From positions 1,556,463 to 1,620,462 of the forward strand of contig CAWCWN010000003.1 in the NCBI GenBank assembly GCA_963799245.1: DNA of 64,000 nt, read 5' to 3'. Below the pieces are notes generated by a model. It saw only the letters and a list, made by a program, of their open reading frames with translations. It was not told the DNA's origin and did not search any database. This document shows, one piece after another, positions 29,428 to 38,312 of this stretch. Numbering within the stretch: position 1 is the first letter of the stretch; the number at the start of each line of letters is the position of its first letter. The position numbers were made by a program, and so were the translations under genes. Origin of the DNA: an uncultured Chloroflexia bacterium. Its GTDB lineage: Bacteria; Chloroflexota; Ktedonobacteria; Ktedonobacterales; Ktedonobacteraceae.

Positions 29428-29925
29428 ATGGGATCATCTCCAGTGACATCAGGCCAGGTCTTTATCGGGCCCGGCCTGAGCATTTTCAAACGCGTTATGA
29501 CTATAATCGGGGTGCTGTGTATTACGGCTCTTGTCTTGTGGATCGCCATACATCAGGGACTGTCCGCGCTGGGTAGTACCATTGTCGCCATTTTATTTAT
29601 TGGAGGCTTTGTCATCTACCTGCGTATTGTGGCTCCTGTGCCATTCACGATTGAGCTGGGACCTGACGCTCTGATCAAGCGCGGTCGCGATGGAGAGGTG
29701 ATTGAGGTCCGTTGGAACGCGCTGACGCGTGTCAAGGAGGAGTTTTTCCCTAATGGCAAACGCATCGGCATTACGGTCTACCGCACACCGGCTCACCCCC
29801 AGGAAAAGGCCAAGGCCTGGGCGGTCTATCGCGACGATGTGGCCGATTTTGACGGCCTGGCCACAGCGCTGCGCGAGGCTATCCCTCCCGCCTGCCAGTG
29901 GCAGAGTGAAACTGTCCATGAATAA
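29428..29925 (+). CDS. hypothetical membrane protein (2 TM plus cytosolic PH-like beta domain)
   Basis: MGSSPVTSGQVFIGPGLSIFKRVMTIIGVLCITALVLWIAI...IVAILFIGGFVIYL. Confidence 0.4.
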   Translation: MGSSPVTSGQVFIGPGLSIFKRVMTIIGVLCITALVLWIAIHQGLSALGSTIVAILFIGGFVIYLRIVAPVPFTIELGPDALIKRGRDGEVIEVRWNALTRVKEEFFPNGKRIGITVYRTPAHPQEKAKAWAVYRDDVADFDGLATALREAIPPACQWQSETVHE

Positions 29926-30052
29926 GCGCCTCACTCATTTGAGGCCATGGGCATGCACCTCCTTTCCCCTGCACGCCGCCTGGCGAACCCTCTCTTGCGC
30001 TTACGAAAAGTAAGTAACATGTCTTGCGTTAGAAATAGAAATATGATATACT

Positions 30053-30080
30053 GGATTATACTTAAAGTATAGTCAAATCC
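30053..30080. promoter_or_regulatory. inverted repeat ggattATACTTaAAGTATAgtcaaatcc upstream of the HxlR-family gene (candidate autoregulatory operator)
   Basis: 7-1-7 perfect core TATACTT-A-AAGTATA with flanking ggatt/aatcc, 40 nt upstream of the start. Confidence 0.4.
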
Positions 30081-30117
30081 TGTTCTGGTTTGATCTCCAG
30101 AAAAGGTAGGTGTATCA

Positions 30118-30486
30118 ATGGCGATGAAGCCAACAATGTCGACCGCAACACAGAATTCAGCAGCAGGCCAGATTTGTCCTCGCTACGAACATGCCATACA
30201 TTTGCTTGGCAAGCGCTGGACGGGCCTGCTTTTATATTCGCTTTTGAATGGTCCACAACGCTTTTGCGAGTTGACCGCCTCGGTGGAAGGTCTCTCTGAT
30301 CGTGTGCTCAGTGACCGGCTGCGTGAACTGGAGGAGGAGGGCGTCGTTGAGCGCGTAGTCTACCCGCAGATACCTGTGCGCGTCGAATATCAATTAACGG
30401 AAAAGGGACGCGCCCTTGGCCCGGTGGTAGAAGCCATTCATAAGTGGGCCGAACAATGGGTAGATGTCGCAGACCAGGGTATGTAA
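30118..30486 (+). CDS. HxlR-family (MarR-like winged-helix) transcriptional regulator
   Basis: ICPRYEHAIHLLGKRWTGLLLYSLLNGPQRFCEL...LSDRLRELEEEGVVERVVYPQIPVRVEYQLTEKG. Confidence 0.85.
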   Translation: MAMKPTMSTATQNSAAGQICPRYEHAIHLLGKRWTGLLLYSLLNGPQRFCELTASVEGLSDRVLSDRLRELEEEGVVERVVYPQIPVRVEYQLTEKGRALGPVVEAIHKWAEQWVDVADQGM

Positions 30487-30519
30487 AAGCATGCTGTGCG
30501 CGTGTGGTATACTGTTGTC

Positions 30520-31011
30520 ATGGAAAATTTATGGGCGCCCTGGCGCATGGCCTTTATTGAGCCGAAGACACCACAACCTCAAGCGTGTATTTTTTGCACC
30601 CAGCCTGCCGCTCAACGCGATGACGAGTATCATATCCCCTATCGCGGCGAGCACTGCTATATGATGCTGAACCGCTACCCCTATAACAATGGCCACCTGA
30701 TGATCGCTCCTTATCAGCACGTCGCAAGCATCGAGAAGATGGATACCGTTACCCTAGCAGAGCTTATGAGCCAGGTCCAACTTGCCCTGCGCGCCCTGCG
30801 TGCTGTGATGAACCCGGATGGCTTTAACATGGGTATTAACCAGGGGAAGGTGGCGGGGGCCGGCTTTGCCGAACATATGCACTTCCACATCGTGCCGCGC
30901 TGGAATGGCGATACCAACTTTATGCCCGTGCTGGCTGATATCAAGGTCGTACCCGAAGCTCTTGAGAGCGTCTACCAGAAATTGAAGCAGGCGCTGGTTT
31001 CGCCACAGTAG
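30520..31011 (+). CDS. HIT-family (histidine triad) hydrolase
   Basis: HMHFHIVPRWNGD (HxHxHxx) and CIFC zinc-ribbon-like N-terminus. Confidence 0.85.
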   Translation: MENLWAPWRMAFIEPKTPQPQACIFCTQPAAQRDDEYHIPYRGEHCYMMLNRYPYNNGHLMIAPYQHVASIEKMDTVTLAELMSQVQLALRALRAVMNPDGFNMGINQGKVAGAGFAEHMHFHIVPRWNGDTNFMPVLADIKVVPEALESVYQKLKQALVSPQ

Positions 31012-31220
31012 TTACCCGGGGCGGGAAGCATGCCCTGGCAGCCAGATTCACTTTTGACCATAGGGATACCACCATGGTTTCGCGCTGCCCTCAAAATCCC
31101 AGTGGACGTGCTTGGTCTCGCGGAATTCATCCGTTGGAGGTGCAGACCTGGCCAGACCGGCTCGATGAGTACTCTCCATTAATCCACAGCGCATAAGACA
31201 TAGCAAATAACCTCTGGAAA

Positions 31221-32780
31221 TCAACCACCCATGTAATTATCTTCGTCGGAACGGCTGGAGTATGACCAGTCGACCTGGGTTGGCGTGTCATCTTCAAAGA
31301 CTTCGCCCAGGCTGGCAGCCTGCTTTTCATATAATTCCGCCCGTTCGTACAGTGCCTGGGCGGCGCGGCTGGCATCGAAGCTGACATTTTTGCTGGCTTC
31401 GGGATCATTGGCGATGGCGAGAAAACGCCCGGCTATCTCACGAATAGTCGCGGGTGATTTGATTTTCTCGCTTTGTATCTGTTTATACGCTCTGATCAGG
31501 ATATCCTCTTTAGGTATGCTGGCGGGCGCGGGCGGTGCTGATGGCGCGAGCGGAGAGGGGGCCGAGCCTGCCGGACCTCCTGGTGTAGCTCGCGCCGCGC
31601 TTTTGAATCCTGGTGGAGCCGCAGCAGCCGGTACCTCCTCCCTGGGCGGGGCGGCGGAAGCTACCCTGCTGCCTGCCCCCTGGTATTGGGGCGGAGCGCT
31701 GGCCGCTGGCATCATGCGGTCTGGATTGTACGGAAGTGAGGAGTGCGGTGTCAGGGAAATATCCCGGATGTATACCCAGTTAATGTATACCCCCCAGTTG
31801 GCAACGAGATCACGAATGCGCTGAAAGAGCAGGGTGTTTACCCGCGTCCAGTGGGTGTTTTCATCCTCATCGGCCTCGTTCAATCTCAGTCCACCTCCCT
31901 GCTGTTGACGCTGCGGCCAGGCCATAAAATCATCGGGCTTGAGGTAGTTGGAGGCCTGCTGCAGGCAAGTAATAAAGAGGTTGTGCAGGCTCGCTTCCCA
32001 GTTATCGATTTGCATTATGGCCAGGTGAGCGTCTTCGGGCATTAATTGGTAGCAGATCACGGCTTTGAGATGGACATCATTGTCCTGCGAGACCTGCACG
32101 ATCTGCTCAGGTGTTGTCCATTGCCTCTCGCGTGTCAGCAGGTGGCTTTCGACCACCTCCCAGGGTAGGAGGAAATTGAAGCCGGGGAAGAGCGTACGGC
32201 TGTATTTACCAAAGGCAAAAATGATGTCGACCGTGCCTTCGGGTACCGGGCGCACATACAGGCGTGCGCCTATGAAGCAGACGATAACCAGTACGAGCAG
32301 GAAGATCACCGTGGAGACGGGGCCAAAGATGGTAAAGCAGGCAACAAGCAGAAAGAGCAGAAAGCCCCCGACGACGCCCAGCCACCAGAAGCCATTATTT
32401 GCGCCGGCATAATAGAGCGCAGTGCCCTGAATGATAGCAACCGCCAGCAGGACAAGCGCGAACGGCCAGAGACGCTCCGCGTGCAGGTACACTTTATTGG
32501 TGAGCAGTAAAGGTGCAGTTACGAGGAAGGTGAAAGCGACCAGGAACAGAGGCACCAGGATGGGAGAAAACTGCTGACCCAGCTGGCGTACGGCTTCAAA
32601 CCTTTTGAGGGGAGGGGCAGCCACCTCCTCAAATTCATCGTCGCTGTACGCCGGCGGAGTGGAAGCCGCATCGTCCATTTCTTCGAGCTGCGGAGAGACC
32701 TCCTCCTGAAAAGCATCATTCCAGCCTTTATCATCTTGGCCGCGCCAGGTAGCATCGGGCCCCTGCCATTCATGTGACAT
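31221..32780 (-). CDS. SPFH/band-7 (stomatin/flotillin-like) membrane protein with acidic N-terminus, 3-4 TM and Pro/Ala-rich linker
   Basis: GTVDIIFAFGKYSRTLFPGFNFLLPWEVVESHLLTRERQWTTPEQIVQVSQDNDVHLKAVICYQL is an SPFH core. Confidence 0.75.
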   Translation of the reverse strand: MSHEWQGPDATWRGQDDKGWNDAFQEEVSPQLEEMDDAASTPPAYSDDEFEEVAAPPLKRFEAVRQLGQQFSPILVPLFLVAFTFLVTAPLLLTNKVYLHAERLWPFALVLLAVAIIQGTALYYAGANNGFWWLGVVGGFLLFLLVACFTIFGPVSTVIFLLVLVIVCFIGARLYVRPVPEGTVDIIFAFGKYSRTLFPGFNFLLPWEVVESHLLTRERQWTTPEQIVQVSQDNDVHLKAVICYQLMPEDAHLAIMQIDNWEASLHNLFITCLQQASNYLKPDDFMAWPQRQQQGGGLRLNEADEDENTHWTRVNTLLFQRIRDLVANWGVYINWVYIRDISLTPHSSLPYNPDRMMPAASAPPQYQGAGSRVASAAPPREEVPAAAAPPGFKSAARATPGGPAGSAPSPLAPSAPPAPASIPKEDILIRAYKQIQSEKIKSPATIREIAGRFLAIANDPEASKNVSFDASRAAQALYERAELYEKQAASLGEVFEDDTPTQVDWSYSSRSDEDNYMGG

Positions 32781-32840
32781 ACTGGCTGCCTCCCTCTCTC
32801 ATCATCAATACCTGCAGATGGTTCCTCGCTTAACGGTGAC

Positions 32841-33137
32841 TTATGACATTGCGCTACTGTTTCTGGCACGCTTTACGCCGCATGAACTACAGCCGTCTCC
32901 CGCGCTGCCGCCCCCGCTCTGACAGTTACCCTGGCAGCCTTCCTTGCTCCCACAGGTACTGCAGGTGCCATCTGCTTCTTTTATACCACAACTACCACCT
33001 GTATTGCTACCATTGCTGCCTTTGCTGCCACAGCCGCCACCTTTCAGGCCGCAACTGCCGCAGCCGCCACGGCTGTCCTTCACTGCTGTTTGCGATAGAT
33101 TCACAGGTATCTGGATCGTGACTCCGCTCTCCAGCAT
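32841..33137 (-). CDS. Cys/Gly/Ser-rich small protein (98 aa, 15 Cys in CG/CxxC-like repeats), translationally coupled to ricT
   Basis: Start ATG overlaps the ricT stop (TAATG). ...GGCGSCGLKGGGCGSKG...GSCGIK...GTCSTCGSKEGCQGNCQSGGGSAGDGCSSCGVK. Confidence 0.45.
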   Translation of the reverse strand: MLESGVTIQIPVNLSQTAVKDSRGGCGSCGLKGGGCGSKGSNGSNTGGSCGIKEADGTCSTCGSKEGCQGNCQSGGGSAGDGCSSCGVKRARNSSAMS

Positions 33138-33904
33138 TACTTCAACCGAATCCTGGGCACATTTACCGCAACAACTTTGCCCGGTCCACTGGGTGTGTTC
33201 AAAATGGCACCAAGCTGTGGCATTGATTGTTTAGCCTGGATGTAATTCTCGTTTTCGTAGGAGAGACAGCACAGGAGGCGGCCGCACACGCCCGAGATCT
33301 TGGAGGGATTCAGCGGCAGCCCCTGCTCTTTGGCCATTTTGATCGAGATGACGCCGAAATCCGTGATCCATGAACTGCAGCAGAGGGTCTTGCCACATGG
33401 CCCCAGGCCTCCCTGCAATTTGGCCTGATCCCGTGCTCCTATCTGGCGCAACTCGATACGTGTGCGGAAGACGGCGGCCAGGTCGCGTACCAGGGCCCGA
33501 AAATCTACGCGCTCGTCGGCTGTAAAATAAAAGGTCAGCCGGCTTCCATCATAGGTATATTCGGCCTCTACGAGCTTCATAGGCAGGTTATGCTGCCCGA
33601 CCCGTTCCGCGCATTTGACCAGTGCCTCTTTCTCTTTACTTTTGAAAGAGAGCATCATCCGCAATTCATCTTCATTCGCCAGGCGCAATACCGGTTTCAG
33701 GGGATCGCCCAGATCGCTTGCGGCCATCTTCTTTGAGGCGATGACTACGCGTCCGGCCTCAACCCCACGTGCCGTCTCAACAATTACATACTGGCCTGTG
33801 TTAAAGGTCTGGCCCTGTGGATCAAAGTTATAAATACGTCCGGCGGGACGAAAACGAATACCAACGATGACAACAACCTGCTCTGTCTGTGTTGTTGATA
33901 CCAT
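33137..33904 (-). CDS. ricT: RicT/YaaT (PSP1 C-terminal domain) Fe-S-binding regulatory protein
   Basis: GPCGKTLCCSSWITDFG...SGVCGRLLCCLSYENENY are PSP1-domain Cys motifs. Confidence 0.8.
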   Translation of the reverse strand: MVSTTQTEQVVVIVGIRFRPAGRIYNFDPQGQTFNTGQYVIVETARGVEAGRVVIASKKMAASDLGDPLKPVLRLANEDELRMMLSFKSKEKEALVKCAERVGQHNLPMKLVEAEYTYDGSRLTFYFTADERVDFRALVRDLAAVFRTRIELRQIGARDQAKLQGGLGPCGKTLCCSSWITDFGVISIKMAKEQGLPLNPSKISGVCGRLLCCLSYENENYIQAKQSMPQLGAILNTPSGPGKVVAVNVPRIRLK

Positions 33905-33957
33905 TATTTTATGCTTTACTCGATAAAGGTAAGTTGCGGCTCCGTTGTTCCCCCTGC

Positions 33958-34530
33958 TTACATCTCGTTGGTAAGGAGAATTGCCTCGGCCACCTCACGC
34001 ATGGATTTGCGATTGTTCATGCTCGCCTTCTGGATCTTGCGAAAGGCCTCCTGCTCGGAGAGTCCCTGCTTCTCCATAAGCAAGCCCTTGGCTCGTTCAA
34101 CAATTTTACGTGTCTCCAGTTGCTCGGAGAGCGTCCGCGTTTTTTCTTCGAGCGAGCGGAATTCGTTATAGCGGGCCAGGGCCACCTCAATGGCCGGCGT
34201 CACTTCGCTTTCTCGCAGTGGTTTGACTATATAATTTACGACCCCCGCATCTTTGGCGCGTTCAACCAGGGGTTGGTCGCCAAAGGCAGTGAGCAGCAGT
34301 ACCGGTGCAATTTTCTCCTGGGTCAGGGTTTCGGCGGCGGCGATGCCGTCCATGTCGGGCATTCTAATGTCCATGATAACCAGGTCGGGCCGTATTTCGC
34401 GCGCCAGGTTGACGGCGCTGAGCCCATCTCCAGCCTCACCCACGACAAGATAACCCTGCTTGGTCAACACATCTTTTAAGTCCATGCGCTGAATAGTTTC
34501 GTCATCAGCGATAATTACTCGTGTCGGCAT
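33958..34530 (-). CDS. ANTAR-domain response regulator (AmiR/NasT type, REC plus ANTAR)
   Basis: VIIADDETIQRMDLKDVL...DLVIMDIRMPDMDG (receiver) ...ETRKIVERAKGLLMEKQGLSEQEAFRKIQKASMNNRKSMREVAEAIL (ANTAR). GAGGTGA RBS. Confidence 0.85.
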   Translation of the reverse strand: MPTRVIIADDETIQRMDLKDVLTKQGYLVVGEAGDGLSAVNLAREIRPDLVIMDIRMPDMDGIAAAETLTQEKIAPVLLLTAFGDQPLVERAKDAGVVNYIVKPLRESEVTPAIEVALARYNEFRSLEEKTRTLSEQLETRKIVERAKGLLMEKQGLSEQEAFRKIQKASMNNRKSMREVAEAILLTNEM

Positions 34531-34730
34531 GAATATCACCTCGTTTAGTCTCATCAAGTCTCGAAGTCCCCGGTGTCCCAAGGCGCTTTACGACAGCCAG
34601 CACAATCTGTGTTGTTACTCCCGGGCGTTTAGATATTCAGAGTATACCATACTGTTAAGGAAAGTACATATGCTGAGTAGGAATGTGAGCATCTCCCACC
34701 GTGTGCGCCATGCAAGGCGGCGCACTATCA

Positions 34731-35801
34731 TTACGCCACATACGAAAGATCCATCATCTGAGCTATCAAGCGGGTTTGCTGCACGACGGATTGTAGCTGA
34801 TCGGCTGTAATCGATTGGCGGCCATCGCAGAGGGCACTGTGTGGGTCAGGATGAACTTCCAGGATTAAGCCCTCGGCTCCCGCCGCGATTGCTGCTCGCG
34901 CCATGGTGGGCACCAGCTCGCGCCGTCCTGTGGCATGACTGGGGTCAACAATGACGGGCAGATGTGTTAGTTCGTGCAGCAGTGGCACACAGGCAAGATC
35001 AAGGACATTGCGGGTCTGGGGGTCGAAGCTGCGAATGCCGCGTTCGCAGAGGATGACATTGGGATTACCGGCCGCTACAATATATTCCGCCGCCAACAGC
35101 CATTCCTCGATGGTTGAAGATAAACCGCGCTTGAGCATAACCGGGCGCTGAGCGCTATGGCGCCCGGCCGCCAGCAGCAATGGGAAGTTCTGCATGTTGC
35201 GACTGCCTATCTGCAGGATGTCGGCGTAGTCGGCGACAGTTTCTAGCATGGCCGGCTCCATTACCTCCGTAATGACCGGCAAGCCCGTCAGTTCGCGCGC
35301 CTCGGCAAGCAGGTACAGCCCCTCGATCCCCAGCCCCTGAAACTGGTATGGCGAGGTGCGCGGTTTGAAGGCCCCTCCGCGTAATGCCTGCGCTCCCGCC
35401 TCCTGCACTGCCCGCGCAGTAGTAAGCAGCTGTTCGCGGTTTTCTACCGCGCATGGACCTGCGATGACCACAGGTACCGTAGCAGCATCCCTCGAGCCCC
35501 CGATCGTCAGCGCTTTACCTCCCAGCGCGTCGCCCACCACCACCTGGCTGCCCTGTGGTTTGAAGGCCCGGCTTACCAGCTTATAGGGAGTCCTGATGGG
35601 AATAAGTCTCTCCACCGCCGCTTGCTGGCTCAGCAGCGCCCTGGCCTCCTCGTCGATCTGGCCGCCATCGATGGTGATGACCTCGCCTCCCGCCAGCAAA
35701 CTCGGCGTAAGCGGACGTGAACTACCTGTTATGCGACATAAGAGGGTCATTAAGTGCGCTCGTTCATCGCTGTTTGCCCGGTCACGAATGATAATGATCA
35801 T
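34731..35801 (-). CDS. aroF: 3-deoxy-7-phosphoheptulonate (DAHP) synthase, type I-beta with N-terminal regulatory domain
   Basis: [15 protein letters not shown]...[16 protein letters not shown]...KRGLSS...VDPSH. Confidence 0.85.
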   Translation of the reverse strand: MIIIIRDRANSDERAHLMTLLCRITGSSRPLTPSLLAGGEVITIDGGQIDEEARALLSQQAAVERLIPIRTPYKLVSRAFKPQGSQVVVGDALGGKALTIGGSRDAATVPVVIAGPCAVENREQLLTTARAVQEAGAQALRGGAFKPRTSPYQFQGLGIEGLYLLAEARELTGLPVITEVMEPAMLETVADYADILQIGSRNMQNFPLLLAAGRHSAQRPVMLKRGLSSTIEEWLLAAEYIVAAGNPNVILCERGIRSFDPQTRNVLDLACVPLLHELTHLPVIVDPSHATGRRELVPTMARAAIAAGAEGLILEVHPDPHSALCDGRQSITADQLQSVVQQTRLIAQMMDLSYVA

Positions 35802-35827
35802 CTAAAAAATCCTCTCTTCTTTGTGCA

Positions 35828-35862
35828 AATAAAAAAGCAGAGGATCAAACCTCTGCTTTCTC
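35828..35862 (-). terminator. intrinsic terminator on minus strand (gcagagg-tttgat-cctctgc followed by TTTTTTATTTG)
   Basis: Read on the minus strand: hairpin plus T6-run. Lies ~25 nt upstream of the aroF start. Confidence 0.65.
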
Positions 35863-36203
35863 CAGCATGCCGGTGGCAATTTTTTGCACAGCCCAAAGGG
35901 CCCACCATCATGCTGGAGGGCTAAACGAATACCAGTAATTGTACTGGCGAACTATACTTCTGGCGCTTTGTTCTTTGAGCATTGTGCAATCCCACTATTT
36001 TGCTATGTGTCAGTGATTATAGCTGCAGCCTGGCCTCCTGTCAAGAGCAAGGAGCTCCGTATGCCCACATTTGACAAAATTGCTCATTTGGCGAAAAAAT
36101 TGTCTATGCCCGCAACCGTCTGGGCCCTGATGAAAATGCTGGTAGACTGGGCGACTTTACGACGATGCCGCGGAAGATGCCTTCCGACGCCGCCCGGCGG
36201 CGC

Positions 36204-36521
36204 CTATTCCTCGGGCAGTTGGAGCAGGATGGCGCTGCCTGCAACGCGCACGGGATATGTAAAGAGATCCTGGCGCGCGGGGCCGCGCACAACCTTACCC
36301 GTCAGTACATTGAATTGAGCGCCATGCCAGGGACACGTCAGGACGTCTCCCTCGAGTTCACCTTCATTGAGGGGGCCGCTGATGTGGGTGCAGTTATCGC
36401 TGAAAGCGCAGATCTTACCATTGACCTTTGCCAGGCAGATGAGCTCGCCATCGGCCTCGATGGCTTTCAGCTCGCCTTCCTCTATTTCGTCAAGTTCCGC
36501 TACTTTGATAAAATCGTCCAT
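36204..36521 (-). CDS. Rieske [2Fe-2S] domain protein
   Basis: CTHISGPL...CPWHGAQF. Start taken at the internal Met (ORF residue 21); the ORF-track start is a TTG. Confidence 0.75.
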   Translation of the reverse strand: MDDFIKVAELDEIEEGELKAIEADGELICLAKVNGKICAFSDNCTHISGPLNEGELEGDVLTCPWHGAQFNVLTGKVVRGPARQDLFTYPVRVAGSAILLQLPEE

Positions 36522-36540
36522 ATGTGATTGTGCTGGTCCT

Positions 36541-36951
36541 TTATTCCTCTTCTTTGTCGTCATTGGCCGCTGGTTTTTCAAAGCCGCCCATAGCCAGGCT
36601 GCGATGCAGGACGCGCAGTGACAGAAATGCGCACTTGGTACGCGCCGGGCTGATAGAAATGCCCAGCGCTTCCAAAATGTCGTCTTTGCCCAGCTGGACC
36701 ACTTCCTCGACGGATTTACCTTCGATCATTTCGGAAAGCATGGAGGCCGCGGCCTGGCTGATAGCGCAGCCGCGACCCTTGAAGCGCACCTCGGTGACGC
36801 GATCACCCTCTATGAGCAGGTCAATACCCAGCTGGTCACCACACAAAGGGTTGGAGTCTTCCGCATGCACGGTGGGCTGCTCCAGCTTCCCATAGTTGCG
36901 CGGATTGCGATAGTGATCAAGGATGTATTCGCGATAATAATCCATTGCCAT
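36541..36951 (-). CDS. sufU: SUF-system Fe-S scaffold, NifU/SufU family
   Basis: NPLCGDQL...GRGCAISQAAASML...TKCAFLS. Confidence 0.85.
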   Translation of the reverse strand: MAMDYYREYILDHYRNPRNYGKLEQPTVHAEDSNPLCGDQLGIDLLIEGDRVTEVRFKGRGCAISQAAASMLSEMIEGKSVEEVVQLGKDDILEALGISISPARTKCAFLSLRVLHRSLAMGGFEKPAANDDKEEE

Positions 36952-36963
36952 GGGCGCACGCTC

Positions 36964-38223
36964 CTATAAGTGGAAGATGTCTATCGCTCTGTGCAGCCCC
37001 TGCACCAGGATATCTATTTCTTCCTTGATAGTATAGACGTAGAAGCTGGCGCGTGCCGTTGCGGCCAGGCCGAAGCGCTCCATGAGCGGTTGCGCGCAGT
37101 GATGACCCGCGCGCACGGCCACGCCGACTTCCTGGTCGAGAATAGACGCCAGGTCGTGCGGGTGAATATCTCCCAGGGTAAAGGCCATTACGCCGCCGCG
37201 CTGTGCCGCTGGTGGCCCATAGAGCGTCAGGTCGGCAACGGCCTGTAGCTGCTGCATGGCATAGCCGGTCAGCTCCTGCTCGTGACGCTGCACATTCTCC
37301 ATCCCCAGGGCATTGAGATAAGCGACGGCCTCTCCCAGGCCGACGGCCTCGGCGATGGCCGGCGTGCCGGCCTCAAACTTCCAGGGGAGGTCATTCCAGG
37401 TGGACGCGCGCAAAGAGACTCTGCGGATCATCTCGCCGCCGCCCATAAAGGGCGGCATGGCCTCCAATATCGCGCGCTTACCATACAGGATCCCGATACC
37501 GGTGGGTCCCAGCATTTTGTGCCCGCTGAAACACAGAAAATCGACGTCCAGGTCCTGCACGTCAACGGGCAGATGGGGCACACTCTGTGCCGCGTCAAGC
37601 AGAACCGTGGCACCCGCCGCGTGCGCCTGGGCAATCATAGCGCGGGCGGGGTTGATCGTGCCCAGTACGTTGGACATGTGCGTGAAGGCGACAAGTTTGG
37701 GCCGCTGTTGTAACAGCTGCTCGTAGATATCCAGTCGCAGCAGGCCGTCAGCGGTGATGGGTATAAATTCCAGGCGCGCGCCGCTGCGCTGGGCGAGCAG
37801 CTGCCAGGGCACGAGGTTGCTGTGATGCTCCATCTCCGTCAGAATAATAAGGTCGCCGGCGGCGATATTGCTATTGCCCCAGCTATAGGCCACCAGGTTG
37901 ATGCTCTCGCTCGTATTGCGCGTAAAGATGATCTGCTTGCTCTGGCGGGCGTTGATGAAGTGCGCAACCCGCACGCGCGCCTTCTCCATGGCAGCTGTCG
38001 CCTCCTCGCTGATCTCATAGACGCCGCGATGAACGTTGGCGTTGTAGGTCTCGTAATATACGTTCATGGCATCGATGACCGCCCGCGGCTTCTGCGAGCT
38101 CGCCGTGCTGTCAAGGTAGACCAGCGGCTTCCCATGCACCAAGCGAGACAGGATGGGAAAGTCATTACGAATATCTGTGATCGCGCGGGTCCTCGCATTC
38201 TCAGCCTTGTCCGATGTAAGCAT
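36964..38223 (-). CDS. sufS: cysteine desulfurase, SufS subfamily
   Basis: IRNDFPIL...FSGHKMLGPTGIGILYG...RAGHHCAQP. Internal Met chosen as start. Confidence 0.9.
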   Translation of the reverse strand: MLTSDKAENARTRAITDIRNDFPILSRLVHGKPLVYLDSTASSQKPRAVIDAMNVYYETYNANVHRGVYEISEEATAAMEKARVRVAHFINARQSKQIIFTRNTSESINLVAYSWGNSNIAAGDLIILTEMEHHSNLVPWQLLAQRSGARLEFIPITADGLLRLDIYEQLLQQRPKLVAFTHMSNVLGTINPARAMIAQAHAAGATVLLDAAQSVPHLPVDVQDLDVDFLCFSGHKMLGPTGIGILYGKRAILEAMPPFMGGGEMIRRVSLRASTWNDLPWKFEAGTPAIAEAVGLGEAVAYLNALGMENVQRHEQELTGYAMQQLQAVADLTLYGPPAAQRGGVMAFTLGDIHPHDLASILDQEVGVAVRAGHHCAQPLMERFGLAATARASFYVYTIKEEIDILVQGLHRAIDIFHL

Positions 38224-38312
38224 AAGCAACCTGATTTCTTTGTATACGCTGCGCGGGGGGCTTGCCCGGATGTCCCCCCACAACTTCCAACGGTCGTTGT
38301 TTTTTATGTACG

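Noticed and set aside
32843-33121. 92-aa plus-strand ORF antisense to the Cys-rich gene
   Set aside because: The mirror frame of a Cys-rich sequence is also open by composition. The minus frame is preferred because of the TAATG coupling to ricT; kept as a caveat in findings.
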